A stretch of DNA of 64,000 bases, taken from contig JAHEXW010000003.1 in NCBI GenBank assembly GCA_023251915.1, forward strand, positions 11,033-75,032, written 5' to 3'. Under the pieces are notes generated by a model. The model did no database searches, was not told the DNA's origin, and saw only the letters and a list, made by a program, of their open reading frames with translations. Source of the stretch: Actinomycetes bacterium (GTDB lineage Bacteria; Actinomycetota; JAHEXW01). Below, piece after piece: positions 1 to 9,476 of the stretch (the stretch's first letter is position 1; every line of letters starts with the position of its first letter). The position numbers were made by a program, and so were the translations under genes.

Positions 1-140
1 ACGGTGTAGGGGGCGTGATCGGCACGTTTAGTCGCTATTTTTCCCGCGCCAATTCCGGTTTCATTCAGCGCTACGCCATGCGTTTTGTCATCGCCTTTAT
101 GTTGTTGGCGGTGGCCGTCTATTTCGTTCTCGTTCGATGA
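1..140 (+). CDS. nuoL: 3' end of a NuoL/MrpA-like antiporter subunit (partial)
   Basis: Frame from nt 3 reads GVGGVIGTFSRYFSRANSGFIQRYAMRFVIAFMLLAVAVYFVLVR*, matching the NuoL C-terminal pattern NG-x~15-(Q/N)(T/S)G-x3-Y plus the final TM helix. TGA at 138-140. Only 46 codons are visible. Confidence 0.7.
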   Translation, partial: GVGGVIGTFSRYFSRANSGFIQRYAMRFVIAFMLLAVAVYFVLVR

Positions 141-168
141 ATAGCAACATTAGGATAAGAGGGTAACC

Positions 169-1629
169 GTGATGAGTTTTCCGATTCTGACTGCCATAGT
201 GTTCTTTCCCTTAATAGGGGCCTTGGTGACTTTGTTCTACAAGCCCGAACAGGTCCGCCTCATCAAGTGGACGGCGTTGTTGGCGTCGATTGTGCCCCTG
301 GCGCTCTCAATCATCGTCATTGTTGGTTTTCATCCCGGCGGCGGCGTGCAGTTCGCGGAACGCGTCCTATGGAGCAAGACCATTGGCGCTTCTTATTACC
401 TGGGCATCGACGGGTTAAGCTTGCCGATGGTGTTTTTGTCTGCCTTGCTCAGCGTCATCGCGGTCATCGCCTCTTGGAACATCTCGGTTAAGACGAAAGG
501 TTATTTTGCCTTACTGCTTTTGTTGGAAGTTGGCATGCTCGGCGTTTTCGTCGCCTTAGACTACATCCTCTTCTATATCTTCTGGGAGCTGGTCTTGCTG
601 CCGATGTACTTTTTAATCGGCATCTGGGGCGGCAAGCGGCGCGAGTACGCCGCACTAAAGTTCTTTCTTTATACGCTCGCCGGCTCGGTCATTATGCTCC
701 TGGCTATTTTGGCTGTCTATTTCAACGGCGGGGCGAAGACCTTCGATATTCTAGCGTTGGCGGCCAAAGGGATTCCCTTAGGGCTGCAACACATCGTGTT
801 TTGGGGTTTCTTTCTCGGGTTCGCCGTCAAGGTGCCGATATTTCCATTCCATACCTGGTTGCCGGACGCGCACGTCGAGGCGCCGACCGCTATTAGCGTT
901 CTTTTGGCCGGCGTCCTGCTGAAGATGGGAACCTACGGGTTTATCCGTGTCATTTTGACGACCACTCCGGACGCATTGAAGGAATACGCATGGATTATGG
1001 CCACGCTGGCAGTTATCAGTATCATCTACGGCGCCTTGAATGCGATGATCCAGAAAGACTTGAAGCGGATGATCGCCTATTCCAGCATCAGCCACATGGG
1101 CTACGTCGTTTTGGGCATCGCCTCCGGCACGGTAATCGGGACAAACGGTGCGATCATGCAGATGTTCAGTCATGGTCTGATTACGGCGCTCCTATTCTTA
1201 CTGGTCGGGTTCATATACGAGCGAACCCATACACGCAACATCTCCGAGCTTGGCGGTCTGCTCAATAAAACGCCAGTCTTGGCGGGGATCCTTTGTTTTG
1301 CCTCGTTTGCCTCGCTCGGCTTGCCCGGACTGAGCGGCTTCATTGCTGAGTTCCTCGTTTTGGTGGGAGCTTACTCGAGCCTGCCTTGGTTCGCGGTTAT
1401 CGCATCAGGCGGCGTCGTTATTACCGCCGGTTATTTGTTGTGGATGCTGCAACGCGTTGTCATGGGCGCGTTGCCTGATAAGTACGCCGACTTGTTGGAT
1501 GCCACGCCGCGTGAAATGTTGGCCCTGGTGCCCCTCGTCGTGCTGGTTTTGGTCGTCGGGCTCTATCCGGAGTCGGTGCTAGGGTTCATTAACCACTCAG
1601 TTGTAGCACTGGTCAAAGTCGTAGGCTAA
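169..1629 (+). CDS. nuoM: NADH-quinone oxidoreductase subunit M
   Basis: 486 aa, ~14 TM; motifs GIDGLSLP, FYIFWE, FAVKVPIFPFHTWLPDAHVEAPT, LLKMGTYG, IAYSSISHMG, LGLPGLSGF. Confidence 0.95.
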   Translation: MMSFPILTAIVFFPLIGALVTLFYKPEQVRLIKWTALLASIVPLALSIIVIVGFHPGGGVQFAERVLWSKTIGASYYLGIDGLSLPMVFLSALLSVIAVIASWNISVKTKGYFALLLLLEVGMLGVFVALDYILFYIFWELVLLPMYFLIGIWGGKRREYAALKFFLYTLAGSVIMLLAILAVYFNGGAKTFDILALAAKGIPLGLQHIVFWGFFLGFAVKVPIFPFHTWLPDAHVEAPTAISVLLAGVLLKMGTYGFIRVILTTTPDALKEYAWIMATLAVISIIYGALNAMIQKDLKRMIAYSSISHMGYVVLGIASGTVIGTNGAIMQMFSHGLITALLFLLVGFIYERTHTRNISELGGLLNKTPVLAGILCFASFASLGLPGLSGFIAEFLVLVGAYSSLPWFAVIASGGVVITAGYLLWMLQRVVMGALPDKYADLLDATPREMLALVPLVVLVLVVGLYPESVLGFINHSVVALVKVVG

Positions 1630-1643
1630 GGAAAGCAGACAAA

Positions 1644-3587
1644 TTGGCGACGCAAGCGGTTATTTGGTTGATTCCGGTTGTGCCGGCGGTCGCGTTCATC
1701 GCGCTGCTGGCTTTGGGACGCGTTCGCCGCGCCGCCGCGCCTTACATCGGCCTGACAGCCGCCGTCTTATCATTGGTCGGTGCCATCTGGGCGGTTGTCG
1801 CCGTTGGTCGCGCCGGGACGATTAATTTTGACTTCATCTGGCTGACCGTCGGTAATGTGCCGCTCAAGATCGGCATGTATATAGATCCCCTGGCCGCCGT
1901 TATGCTGGTCGTCGTGACCACGGTCAGTCTGCTCGTGCAGATCTACAGCATCGGGTACATGAAGGGCGAGAAACGCTTGTCCTGGTATTACGCGGCCGTG
2001 TCCTTGTTCACCGCCTCCATGCTCAGTCTGGTGATCGCCAACAACTTCCTCCAGCTGTACATCTCCTGGGAGCTCGTCGGCCTTTGTTCGTACCTCTTGA
2101 TCGGTTTCTGGTACGAGAAGAAGAGCGCCTCGTCGGCCGCCATGAAGGCCTTTATCATCACCCGTATCGGCGACGTGGGCTTCTTCCTGGGTCTGGCGCT
2201 CTTGTTCGTTAACACCCACACCTTCGACTTTTCCGCCGTCCGCCAGATTGTCGCGGCCGGCTCACTCGGCGCCGGCACCCTGACCGCCATCGCGCTCTTG
2301 TTCTTCGCGGGCGCGGCCGGCAAGAGTGCCCAGTTCCCGTTGCACGTCTGGTTGCCTGACGCGATGGAAGGCCCGACCCCGGTCTCGGCCTTGATCCACG
2401 CCGCCACCATGGTCGCCGCCGGCGTCTATCTGGTCGCCCGTTCCTTCTTCATCTTCGAGGCGGCCCACCCCGCTGCCCTTCAGGTCGTGGCAGGCATCGG
2501 TGCCTTCACCGCCATCTTGGCCGCGGTCATCGCGGTGACCATGACCGACATCAAGAAAGTCTTGGCCTACTCGACCATCAGTCAACTCGGGTTCATGATG
2601 GCGGCCTTGGGTGTCGGCGGCTATACCGCCGCCATCTTCCACCTGACGACACACGCCTTCTTCAAGGCGCTCTTGTTTCTGGGGGCCGGGAGCGTCATCC
2701 ACGGCGCCGGCACCCAGAACATCTATGAGATGGGCGGACTCTTGAAGAAGATGAAAGTGACCGGCTGGACCTTCCTCATAGCCACCTTGAGCATCGCGGG
2801 CATCGTGCCGCTCTCCGGTTTTTGGAGCAAAGACGAGATCTTGACGGAAGCTGCCAAATCCGGCAACTACATCATCCTAGGCGTCCTCCTGGTCACGGCC
2901 TTCCTGACCGCCTTCTACATGTTCCGCCTCTACTTCGTCGTCTTCACCGGCCCGGTGCGTGACGAACACGCGCACGAGTCGCCGGCCGTCATGACGTATC
3001 CCTTGCTCATCCTGGCCGTCCCGGCGGCCCTCTTGGGACTGGCCGGCTCGCCCTTACTCGGCAACTGGTTTACGAAGTTCATCGCACTCCCCGGCGCCGA
3101 ACACATCGCCGCCGCGCCTGATTATCTGATGATGGGTCTGTCGACCGCGGCCGCTCTGGCAGGGATCGGGTTGGCCTGGGTGATGTATAAACGTAACCTT
3201 TCGGAAGAGCGGTTTGGCCGGACATTGTTCTATTTCTTCAATATCGCCAAAAGGCGTTTCTTTCTCGACGAACTTTATCAGTTCCTGATCGTGCGACCGA
3301 TCATGCGTCTGGCTGCCGCCTCGGCCTGGTTCGACATTAAGGTTCTGGACGGGGCCGTAAACTCTGTCGGACCCTTGGCGGTGCATGGAGGTTATCGCGC
3401 GGCCCAGTTTGATTCGGTTGTGATTAACAACGTTTATGATTCCGGCATCAATATCATCAAAACGATTGGCGAGGCGACCCGGCGGCGGGTCAACACCGGA
3501 TTGATACCTAGGTATCTAGCCTATATCCTGGCCGGCTTCGTTGTGCTGGCCGTAATCGTTTACGTTCTGTTCGTTATGGTCAAATAG
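1644..3587 (+). CDS. nuoL: NADH-quinone oxidoreductase subunit L with extended amphipathic helix (TTG start)
   Basis: 647 aa; WELVGLCSYLLIGFW, KAFIITRIGD, GKSAQFPLHVWLPDAMEGPTPVSALIHAATMV, HAFFKALLFL; extra 26-aa FD..V(D/N) unit at 3330-3407. Confidence 0.95.
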   Translation: MATQAVIWLIPVVPAVAFIALLALGRVRRAAAPYIGLTAAVLSLVGAIWAVVAVGRAGTINFDFIWLTVGNVPLKIGMYIDPLAAVMLVVVTTVSLLVQIYSIGYMKGEKRLSWYYAAVSLFTASMLSLVIANNFLQLYISWELVGLCSYLLIGFWYEKKSASSAAMKAFIITRIGDVGFFLGLALLFVNTHTFDFSAVRQIVAAGSLGAGTLTAIALLFFAGAAGKSAQFPLHVWLPDAMEGPTPVSALIHAATMVAAGVYLVARSFFIFEAAHPAALQVVAGIGAFTAILAAVIAVTMTDIKKVLAYSTISQLGFMMAALGVGGYTAAIFHLTTHAFFKALLFLGAGSVIHGAGTQNIYEMGGLLKKMKVTGWTFLIATLSIAGIVPLSGFWSKDEILTEAAKSGNYIILGVLLVTAFLTAFYMFRLYFVVFTGPVRDEHAHESPAVMTYPLLILAVPAALLGLAGSPLLGNWFTKFIALPGAEHIAAAPDYLMMGLSTAAALAGIGLAWVMYKRNLSEERFGRTLFYFFNIAKRRFFLDELYQFLIVRPIMRLAAASAWFDIKVLDGAVNSVGPLAVHGGYRAAQFDSVVINNVYDSGINIIKTIGEATRRRVNTGLIPRYLAYILAGFVVLAVIVYVLFVMVK

Positions 3588-3612
3588 AGTTTAAGAAGGG
3601 AGACACGGGGTC

Positions 3613-5052
3613 TTGGCCCGAGAATTCATTTATCTGGTACCGGAAATAATAGTACTCGCGACAGCTCTGGGTGTGTTGGTGCTCGATCTGGTGCTGGGCG
3701 CCAAGCGCAAGCCGCTTATCTTAGCGCTTGCCTCTGTCGCCGGGCTGCTGGCGGCGGCTGGATTTACCGCGAACCTCATGGGACAGCGGGCCATTGTGAT
3801 GGCGGACATGTTCGTCATCGATTCGTTTGGCCTCGTGCTCAAGGTCGTTATCTTGGTCGGCGCCGCGTTATCGGTTCTCTTGGCGGTTGGGTTTCTAGAG
3901 AGACCGAAATCGCATCCCGGGGAATATGATTTCCTGATTGTGGCCTCCACTCTGGGGATGATGGTCATGACAGGCTCGAACAACCTATTGCTGGCCTTTC
4001 TTGGAATTCAGCTAACCAGTATCCCTCTGTATATATTGGCGGGCTTTAAGCGCAATGACAGTAAATCTAGCGAGGCCGCCCTTAAATATTTCTTACTGGG
4101 CGTTCTTACAGCCGCCCTCATGTTATACGGCATGTCATTACTATATGGCCTGACGGGGACGCTTAATCTGACAACTATTGCGGCTCGCCTGGGCGGGATA
4201 AAGACCAACGACCCGGTTTTGTTCTTAGGTATGGTCTTCATAATAGCCGGCTTCAGTTTCAAGATCGCCGCCGTGCCGTTCCACTTTTGGGCGCCTGACG
4301 TCTACGAAGGGTCGCCGACCTGCGTGACAGCGTTCATTTCGGCTGTCCCCAAGATTGCCGGCTTCGCGGTTCTGTTGCGACTGGTCTACACAGCCTTCCC
4401 GGCCTTGACTCCGCAATGGACAGGTTTAATGGCGCTTATGGCAGTACTGACTATGGTGACGGGCAATATCATGGCCATCCCGCAAAAGGACATCAAGCGG
4501 ATGCTGGCGTTTTCCGGGATCGCGCATGTAGGGTACGCTTTGATCGCGTTGGCCGTACCGGGCCAGAACGCCATGGGTGCGCTCGTATTTTACCTGTTGG
4601 CATACTCCGCGATGACCGCGGGCGCCTTCACGATCGTCGTCGCGGTCGGCCGCGTTTCCCATGAGCACCAAATCACGAGTTTCGCCGGCTTGGGTACACG
4701 GGCGCCGGTCCTGGCGGCGGCGATGACCGTGTTCTTGCTGTCTATGCTTGGTTTTCCGTTGACAGCCGGTTTCACGGGAAAGTTTCTGGTATTCAGCGCG
4801 GCCATCGAGAAACACTATGTCTGGTTGGCGCTGATCGGGGTTATCAATAGCGTCATCTCACTTTACTACTACTTTGGCGTCGTCCGGCAGATGTATCTGA
4901 CACCTGCGCGCGCAACGACGAAAATGCAGGTATCGGGTTTGGTATGGCTGCTGATCGCAATAGCGTTAACGGTAACGTTCGCTCTGGGCATCTACCCCGA
5001 GCCGGTAATTAATCTGACGCGTCATCTTGTTGTTCTATTTGCCAGGTTCTAG
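3613..5052 (+). CDS. nuoN: NADH-quinone oxidoreductase subunit N (TTG start)
   Basis: 479 aa; SSEAALKYFLLG, FKIAAVPFHFWAPDVYEGSPT, KRMLAFSGIAH, PLTAGFTGKF. Confidence 0.95.
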   Translation: MAREFIYLVPEIIVLATALGVLVLDLVLGAKRKPLILALASVAGLLAAAGFTANLMGQRAIVMADMFVIDSFGLVLKVVILVGAALSVLLAVGFLERPKSHPGEYDFLIVASTLGMMVMTGSNNLLLAFLGIQLTSIPLYILAGFKRNDSKSSEAALKYFLLGVLTAALMLYGMSLLYGLTGTLNLTTIAARLGGIKTNDPVLFLGMVFIIAGFSFKIAAVPFHFWAPDVYEGSPTCVTAFISAVPKIAGFAVLLRLVYTAFPALTPQWTGLMALMAVLTMVTGNIMAIPQKDIKRMLAFSGIAHVGYALIALAVPGQNAMGALVFYLLAYSAMTAGAFTIVVAVGRVSHEHQITSFAGLGTRAPVLAAAMTVFLLSMLGFPLTAGFTGKFLVFSAAIEKHYVWLALIGVINSVISLYYYFGVVRQMYLTPARATTKMQVSGLVWLLIAIALTVTFALGIYPEPVINLTRHLVVLFARF

Positions 5053-5076
5053 TAACGCATAGGGGGTTGGTGTTCC

Positions 5077-5955
5077 TTGTTTAATAAGATTCTCTTTCCG
5101 ACGGACTTCTCAGCTTACGCGGAGAAGACGCTGGAATACTTGGCGGGCTTCAAAGACATCGGCGCCGAGCATGTCGTCCTAGTGCACACGGTCCAAGAAG
5201 CGGAAGAGTATCCTGTGACGATGGCGCGTCAAGAACGCATGGCAGCCGCGCTTAAAGAGAAGGAAGAGTGGCTCCGCACGCAGGGATTGGAGGCTTCCAG
5301 CCTGGTGCCCATCGGTACTCCTTACCGGGAAATTCTTAAAGCGGCCAGGACGGAAGAGGTAGACCTGATCGTCATCGGCAGCCAGGGCAAAGGCCTGCTG
5401 GACGAGGTTCTGCTCGGCAGCGTATCCGACCGGGTTGCCCGCGAAGCGACAATGCCGGTCTTGGTCGTCAAGCACAAAGTGCTCCAAGACGCCACGGGGG
5501 TAAAGGTTGAGAAACGCAGCGCCGAATCGTTCCAAAAGATACTCTATCCCACCGACGGGTCCCCGTGCGCCCAATCAGCGTTGGAATACATCAAGGGCAT
5601 GAGCCTGCCCTTCTGTGGTCAGGTGATCATGGCTAACATTATCGACCCGAAGACCGTGGCCACCGGCAAGATAGAGGCGGCGAAAGCCGAAATGCTGGCA
5701 AAACTAAAGACCAGCGCGAAGGCCATGGAAGGCACGTGCATCCATGTGACGACCGACGTCCGGGTCGGCGTACCGTTGGAAGAGCTTCTCAAAATCGGTA
5801 AAGAGGAAAAAGTAACTCTGATCGTCATGGGCAGCACAGGAAAAGGATTCTTTCAAGAAATGCTGATTGGCAGCCTTTCCGAAAACATGATTCGGAAGGC
5901 GAGATGCCCGGTGCTGATCATTCACGACGAGATTTGCGCCATACCTGTTGATTGA
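5077..5955 (+). CDS. Universal stress protein, tandem Usp domains
   Basis: KILFPTDFS; two GSxGxG...GSVS/GSLS ATP-binding signatures; PVLII. Confidence 0.92.
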   Translation: MFNKILFPTDFSAYAEKTLEYLAGFKDIGAEHVVLVHTVQEAEEYPVTMARQERMAAALKEKEEWLRTQGLEASSLVPIGTPYREILKAARTEEVDLIVIGSQGKGLLDEVLLGSVSDRVAREATMPVLVVKHKVLQDATGVKVEKRSAESFQKILYPTDGSPCAQSALEYIKGMSLPFCGQVIMANIIDPKTVATGKIEAAKAEMLAKLKTSAKAMEGTCIHVTTDVRVGVPLEELLKIGKEEKVTLIVMGSTGKGFFQEMLIGSLSENMIRKARCPVLIIHDEICAIPVD

Positions 5956-5984
5956 CGAGCTAAAGCTTTAAGGAGCTGATCACT

Positions 5985-6866
5985 ATTTTTTCGACCATCC
6001 TGGTTCCGACGGACTTCTCCGCATATGCCAAAAAGACCCTGGAATATGTTTGGAGCCTGCAGGACATCGGAGTCAAAACGGTAATCCTGATGCACGTGAC
6101 CGCGACGATCGAAGAATATCCCGTCATGATGACGAGGCATGAGCAAGTTCGCGACCGGTTGGAGGAAGAAGCGGCGCTGCTGCGCGCGCGCGGACTGAAG
6201 GTTAAGACGCGAGCGGAGACGGGAACCGCTTACAGACAGATATTGCGCGTCGCCGAAGCCGAGGCGGCCTCGATGATAGTGATTGGTTTTCACGGCGCCG
6301 GGCTGCAAGGATTGGTTGTCGGAAGCGTGGCGGACCGTGTCACCCGGGAGTCGCCGATCCCCGTAATGCTGGTCAAATATCGTTCGGTTGATGACGGCGA
6401 AGGCGGTACGCGGCTGGAGAAGGTCACCGCGGAATCGTTCCGCAAGGTTTTTTACCCGACCGACTTCTCCTTATGTTCTACGCGCACGCTAGAATATGTG
6501 CGCGAGTTCCGCAAAGCCGGTTGCGAAGAAGTAATTCTGGCCAGTGTTATTGACACAAGGCCGCACCGCACCGCGTTTAACGCCGACCAGGCTCAGGTGG
6601 AGACGACTAAGAAGTTGGACGTGATCCGCCAGGAACTGGAAGAGCGCGGTTTGAAAGCCAAAGTCATCGTGCGCCAGGGAACGCCGCTGGAAAAACTGCT
6701 TGATATCGCCCGCGAAGAGGAAGTGTCGATGATCGTTCTGGGGTCGACAGGTAAGGGCTTCTTTAAGGAGATGCTTATGGGGAGCGTCAGTGAGAGCATC
6801 GTTCGGCGCGCCGTGTGCCCGGTCCTCGTCATCCACGATGAGGTTTGCACGCTTACATTTGACTAG
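5985..6866 (+). CDS. Universal stress protein paralog, tandem Usp domains (probable ATT start)
   Basis: The frame of the 6090 ORF stays open upstream to TAA at 5961. Codons from 5985 read (M)FSTILVPTDFS, aligning with MFNKILFPTDFS of the upstream paralog. AAGGAG at 5970-5975; 293 aa. Confidence 0.85.
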   Translation: MFSTILVPTDFSAYAKKTLEYVWSLQDIGVKTVILMHVTATIEEYPVMMTRHEQVRDRLEEEAALLRARGLKVKTRAETGTAYRQILRVAEAEAASMIVIGFHGAGLQGLVVGSVADRVTRESPIPVMLVKYRSVDDGEGGTRLEKVTAESFRKVFYPTDFSLCSTRTLEYVREFRKAGCEEVILASVIDTRPHRTAFNADQAQVETTKKLDVIRQELEERGLKAKVIVRQGTPLEKLLDIAREEEVSMIVLGSTGKGFFKEMLMGSVSESIVRRAVCPVLVIHDEVCTLTFD

Positions 6867-6980
6867 TCCTCTCGTCGCCCTCGTTATTACGAGGTTGTCT
6901 TCCAGGTGATTACCTAGTATAACGTCACCTCGGCCATCGGTATGGTGATAGATACTCTTAGTCCCTAGCTGGAGGCGATT

Positions 6981-8507
6981 ATGGCGGAGAATACGGCGTT
7001 GGACGTCAATCAAGAGAGCCTTAACGTCGACATAAAGGTCATAAATCTGATTCCCGAGGATATGGCCCGTCGCCGGTGTCTGATGCCACTTTCGATATCT
7101 CGGAGCATGCTGACCGTCGCGATGGTCGACCCCGGCGACCTGTTCTCGCTCGAGGACATGAGACTCCACGCCGGTATGGCGATCAACCCTGTCTATGCCG
7201 ATAAAAGGACGATCCTCAAGGCGATCAACAAGTATTATCGGGGCGCCTATCTTCTGGAAAAGACCGCTAGGGCTGTCAGCCAAACGAACTTCGGGTTAAT
7301 AACCGGAGACCGGATTCCAGGAGGCAAGCTAGCTCAACTGACGGAGCAGCCACCTCTCGTGCAACTAGTCGACGATATTATTCTTGAGGCGTTGCACGCC
7401 GACGCCAGCGACATCCACATTGAACCGGAGCGTGATTCGACTCGGGTCAGGTACCGCGTAGACGGGTTCCTGCATACTTTTTCTTCCCTGCCAAAGCATC
7501 TGGCGGTGCCGGTCGTATCCCGAATCAAGATTCTCGCCGAAATGGACGTTACCGAAAAACACGAACCACAGGACGGACAGATCATCAGAATGATCGGAGA
7601 CGAAGAGGTCAATCTGCGCGTCGCTACGTTCCCGACCACGAATGGGGAGAAGGTCGCGATCCGCATCATTGGCAAGGGCGCGAGTTCAATCGCTCTGAAC
7701 AGCAGCGGTCTGACAGAGGCTAACTTCGCGTTGGTTAAACGCTTGATTGCGCGACCGAGCGGCCTCGTGCTGGCTTGCGGCCCGACCGGCTGTGGCAAGA
7801 CCTCAACTTTGTATTCAATTCTGAGCCTTATGAACAGCGATAAAGTTAACATAGTGACGCTCGAGGATCCGATCGAGTTCGATCTCCCAGGAGTCAACCA
7901 GGCTAAAGTGCTGCCTAAGCGTGGTCTGACCTTTGCTCGCGGTTTGCGCGCTATCCTTCGCCAAGATCCAAATGTGGTCATGGTCGGGGAAATTCGCGAC
8001 CTGGAGACGGCCGATCTGGCAATCCGTGCGTCGCTGACGGGACACATGGTGCTGTCGACGCTGCATACAAATGACGCCTTAGGCGTTATAACCAGGTTGA
8101 TCGACATGGGTTTTGACGAATTCTTGATTTCTTCCGCGCTCAGCGGTGTTATCGCTCAACGGCTGGTTCGGACGATTTGTCCTAACTGTCGAACTGAATA
8201 CACACCCACGCCGGAAATTCTCGAATCGGTCGGGATAGTGTCGAGCGGCGGCCCAACGTTTTATCACGGCGCCGGCTGCGAGGATTGCCAGCACACCGGG
8301 TACAAAGGACGGACCGGCATATACGAGGTGATTTACGTTAACGAGGCGCTCAGACAGATGATCCTGCGGAAGGCGCCGGAACCGGATATCAGACAGGCGC
8401 TAAGAGACAGCGGCTATGCTTCCATGCTTGAGGATGGTCTGGACAAGGTCGAGCAAGGGATTACGACGCTGGACGAAGTCTTGCGCGAGACAAGGGCGTC
8501 GGATTAA
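6981..8507 (+). CDS. GspE/PilB-family secretion/pilus extension ATPase
   Basis: ASDIHIEP, Walker A GPTGCGKTSTL, TLEDPIE, DPNVVMVGEIRD, GHMVLSTLH, tetracysteine CPNC...CEDC. Confidence 0.93.
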   Translation: MAENTALDVNQESLNVDIKVINLIPEDMARRRCLMPLSISRSMLTVAMVDPGDLFSLEDMRLHAGMAINPVYADKRTILKAINKYYRGAYLLEKTARAVSQTNFGLITGDRIPGGKLAQLTEQPPLVQLVDDIILEALHADASDIHIEPERDSTRVRYRVDGFLHTFSSLPKHLAVPVVSRIKILAEMDVTEKHEPQDGQIIRMIGDEEVNLRVATFPTTNGEKVAIRIIGKGASSIALNSSGLTEANFALVKRLIARPSGLVLACGPTGCGKTSTLYSILSLMNSDKVNIVTLEDPIEFDLPGVNQAKVLPKRGLTFARGLRAILRQDPNVVMVGEIRDLETADLAIRASLTGHMVLSTLHTNDALGVITRLIDMGFDEFLISSALSGVIAQRLVRTICPNCRTEYTPTPEILESVGIVSSGGPTFYHGAGCEDCQHTGYKGRTGIYEVIYVNEALRQMILRKAPEPDIRQALRDSGYASMLEDGLDKVEQGITTLDEVLRETRASD

Positions 8508-8519
8508 CAAACCATTTTT

Positions 8520-8711
8520 CTATTTACTCATAAGCAGTCCCGTCAACCCCAGGACTATAAGAACGAGCGCAATCACTTTGCTGAGCCAAAAGGCAAAAGA
8601 GTAGCCGCGGGACCAGCTCCTGACCCAGCGTCGGGGCAGGGTTTGGGGTAAGAGAAACAGGGCCCACCCGGCGACGAACAACGTTAGCGGCACTATCTTG
8701 GCGGAAATCAT
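8520..8711 (-). CDS. Small two-TM membrane protein (63 aa), probably leaderless
   Basis: MISAKIVPLTLFVAGWALFLLPQ...VIALVLIVLGLTGLLMSK; TATAAT 6 nt upstream of ATG. Confidence 0.55.
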   Translation of the reverse strand: MISAKIVPLTLFVAGWALFLLPQTLPRRWVRSWSRGYSFAFWLSKVIALVLIVLGLTGLLMSK

Positions 8712-8732
8712 TGGACTATTATAACAGTCGGC

Positions 8733-8768
8733 TTGACACATCACGTAAAAGAGGACTAAAATAGTCCT
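8733..8768 (+). promoter_or_regulatory. Sigma-70 promoter with overlapping IscR-type-1-like palindromic operator
   Basis: TTGACA (8733-38), 18 nt spacer, TAAAAT (8757-62); inverted repeat AGGACTA-AAA-TAGTCCT (8752-68) matches the GACTR-www-YAGTC core. Confidence 0.75.
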
Positions 8769-8794
8769 ATAACAGATAGCGTTAGGCAGGCTTC

Positions 8795-9214
8795 ATGGAA
8801 TTGATCAAGAGAAACACGGATTATGCGCTGCGCGCCCTGGTCCACATGGCGGAAGCAGACAACGACAGAATACACCCGATGGGTGAGCTGGCAGCTGCTA
8901 CAGGAGCGCCGGAGACCTTCCTGAGGAAAGTCGTTCAGAAACTGGACGCTGCCGGGGTCGTTGCAACCCGGCGGGGCCGCGGCGGCGGGGTATGTTTCCA
9001 GAAAGACCCGGACGCGATAACGGTCTTAGAGGTTGTCGAGGCGGTACAAGGTCCGGTGGCGATCAATAAGTGTTTCATCGCCAACCGCGAATGTGACGAC
9101 CGTTTTGCCTGCTTGATTCGTAGTAATCTAGGCGGGATCCAAAACGATCTGCTGGAGCTGTTGCGGGCCGCGACGGTCACTAATCTGGCCCGCGACACGC
9201 GTTTGCCGGCCTGA
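8795..9214 (+). CDS. Rrf2-family transcriptional regulator with three C-terminal Cys (Fe-S type)
   Basis: TDYALRALVH, LRKVVQKL, TRRGRGGG, ITVLEVVEAVQG, C-x6-C-x5-C. Confidence 0.92.
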   Translation: MELIKRNTDYALRALVHMAEADNDRIHPMGELAAATGAPETFLRKVVQKLDAAGVVATRRGRGGGVCFQKDPDAITVLEVVEAVQGPVAINKCFIANRECDDRFACLIRSNLGGIQNDLLELLRAATVTNLARDTRLPA

Positions 9215-9248
9215 CAATGTTAGATCTCAAGAGAGGCGAGTAAAGATT

Positions 9249-9476
9249 ATGGCTGAACAATGTCCCGGCTCCAAGTTGATACGCGAACCGCAGCCTGAAG
9301 ACATCACCTGCCCGTGGTGTAAGGTGAGCGTCGAGATTTGGACCGATGAAACCAGGGCGAGATGCCGCAACTGCGGCCACGTTATCGTGCGTGAAATGAC
9401 GCAATCTTGTCTGGATTGGTGCGTGAAGGCCAAGGAATGCCTGGGGGTGTCCGAGAGTGAAGAAACGGGCCACTAA
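9249..9476 (+). CDS. Small 8-Cys metal-binding (zinc-ribbon/Fe) protein
   Basis: 75 aa: CPG, CPWC, VEIWTDE, CRNC, SCLDWC, EC; purine-rich RBS (agaggcgag). Confidence 0.75.
   Translation: MAEQCPGSKLIREPQPEDITCPWCKVSVEIWTDETRARCRNCGHVIVREMTQSCLDWCVKAKECLGVSESEETGH

Noticed and set aside
5956-6090. Frameshift or truncation of the second USP
   Set aside because: The missing N-terminus is in the same frame with no stop; a non-canonical start explains it.
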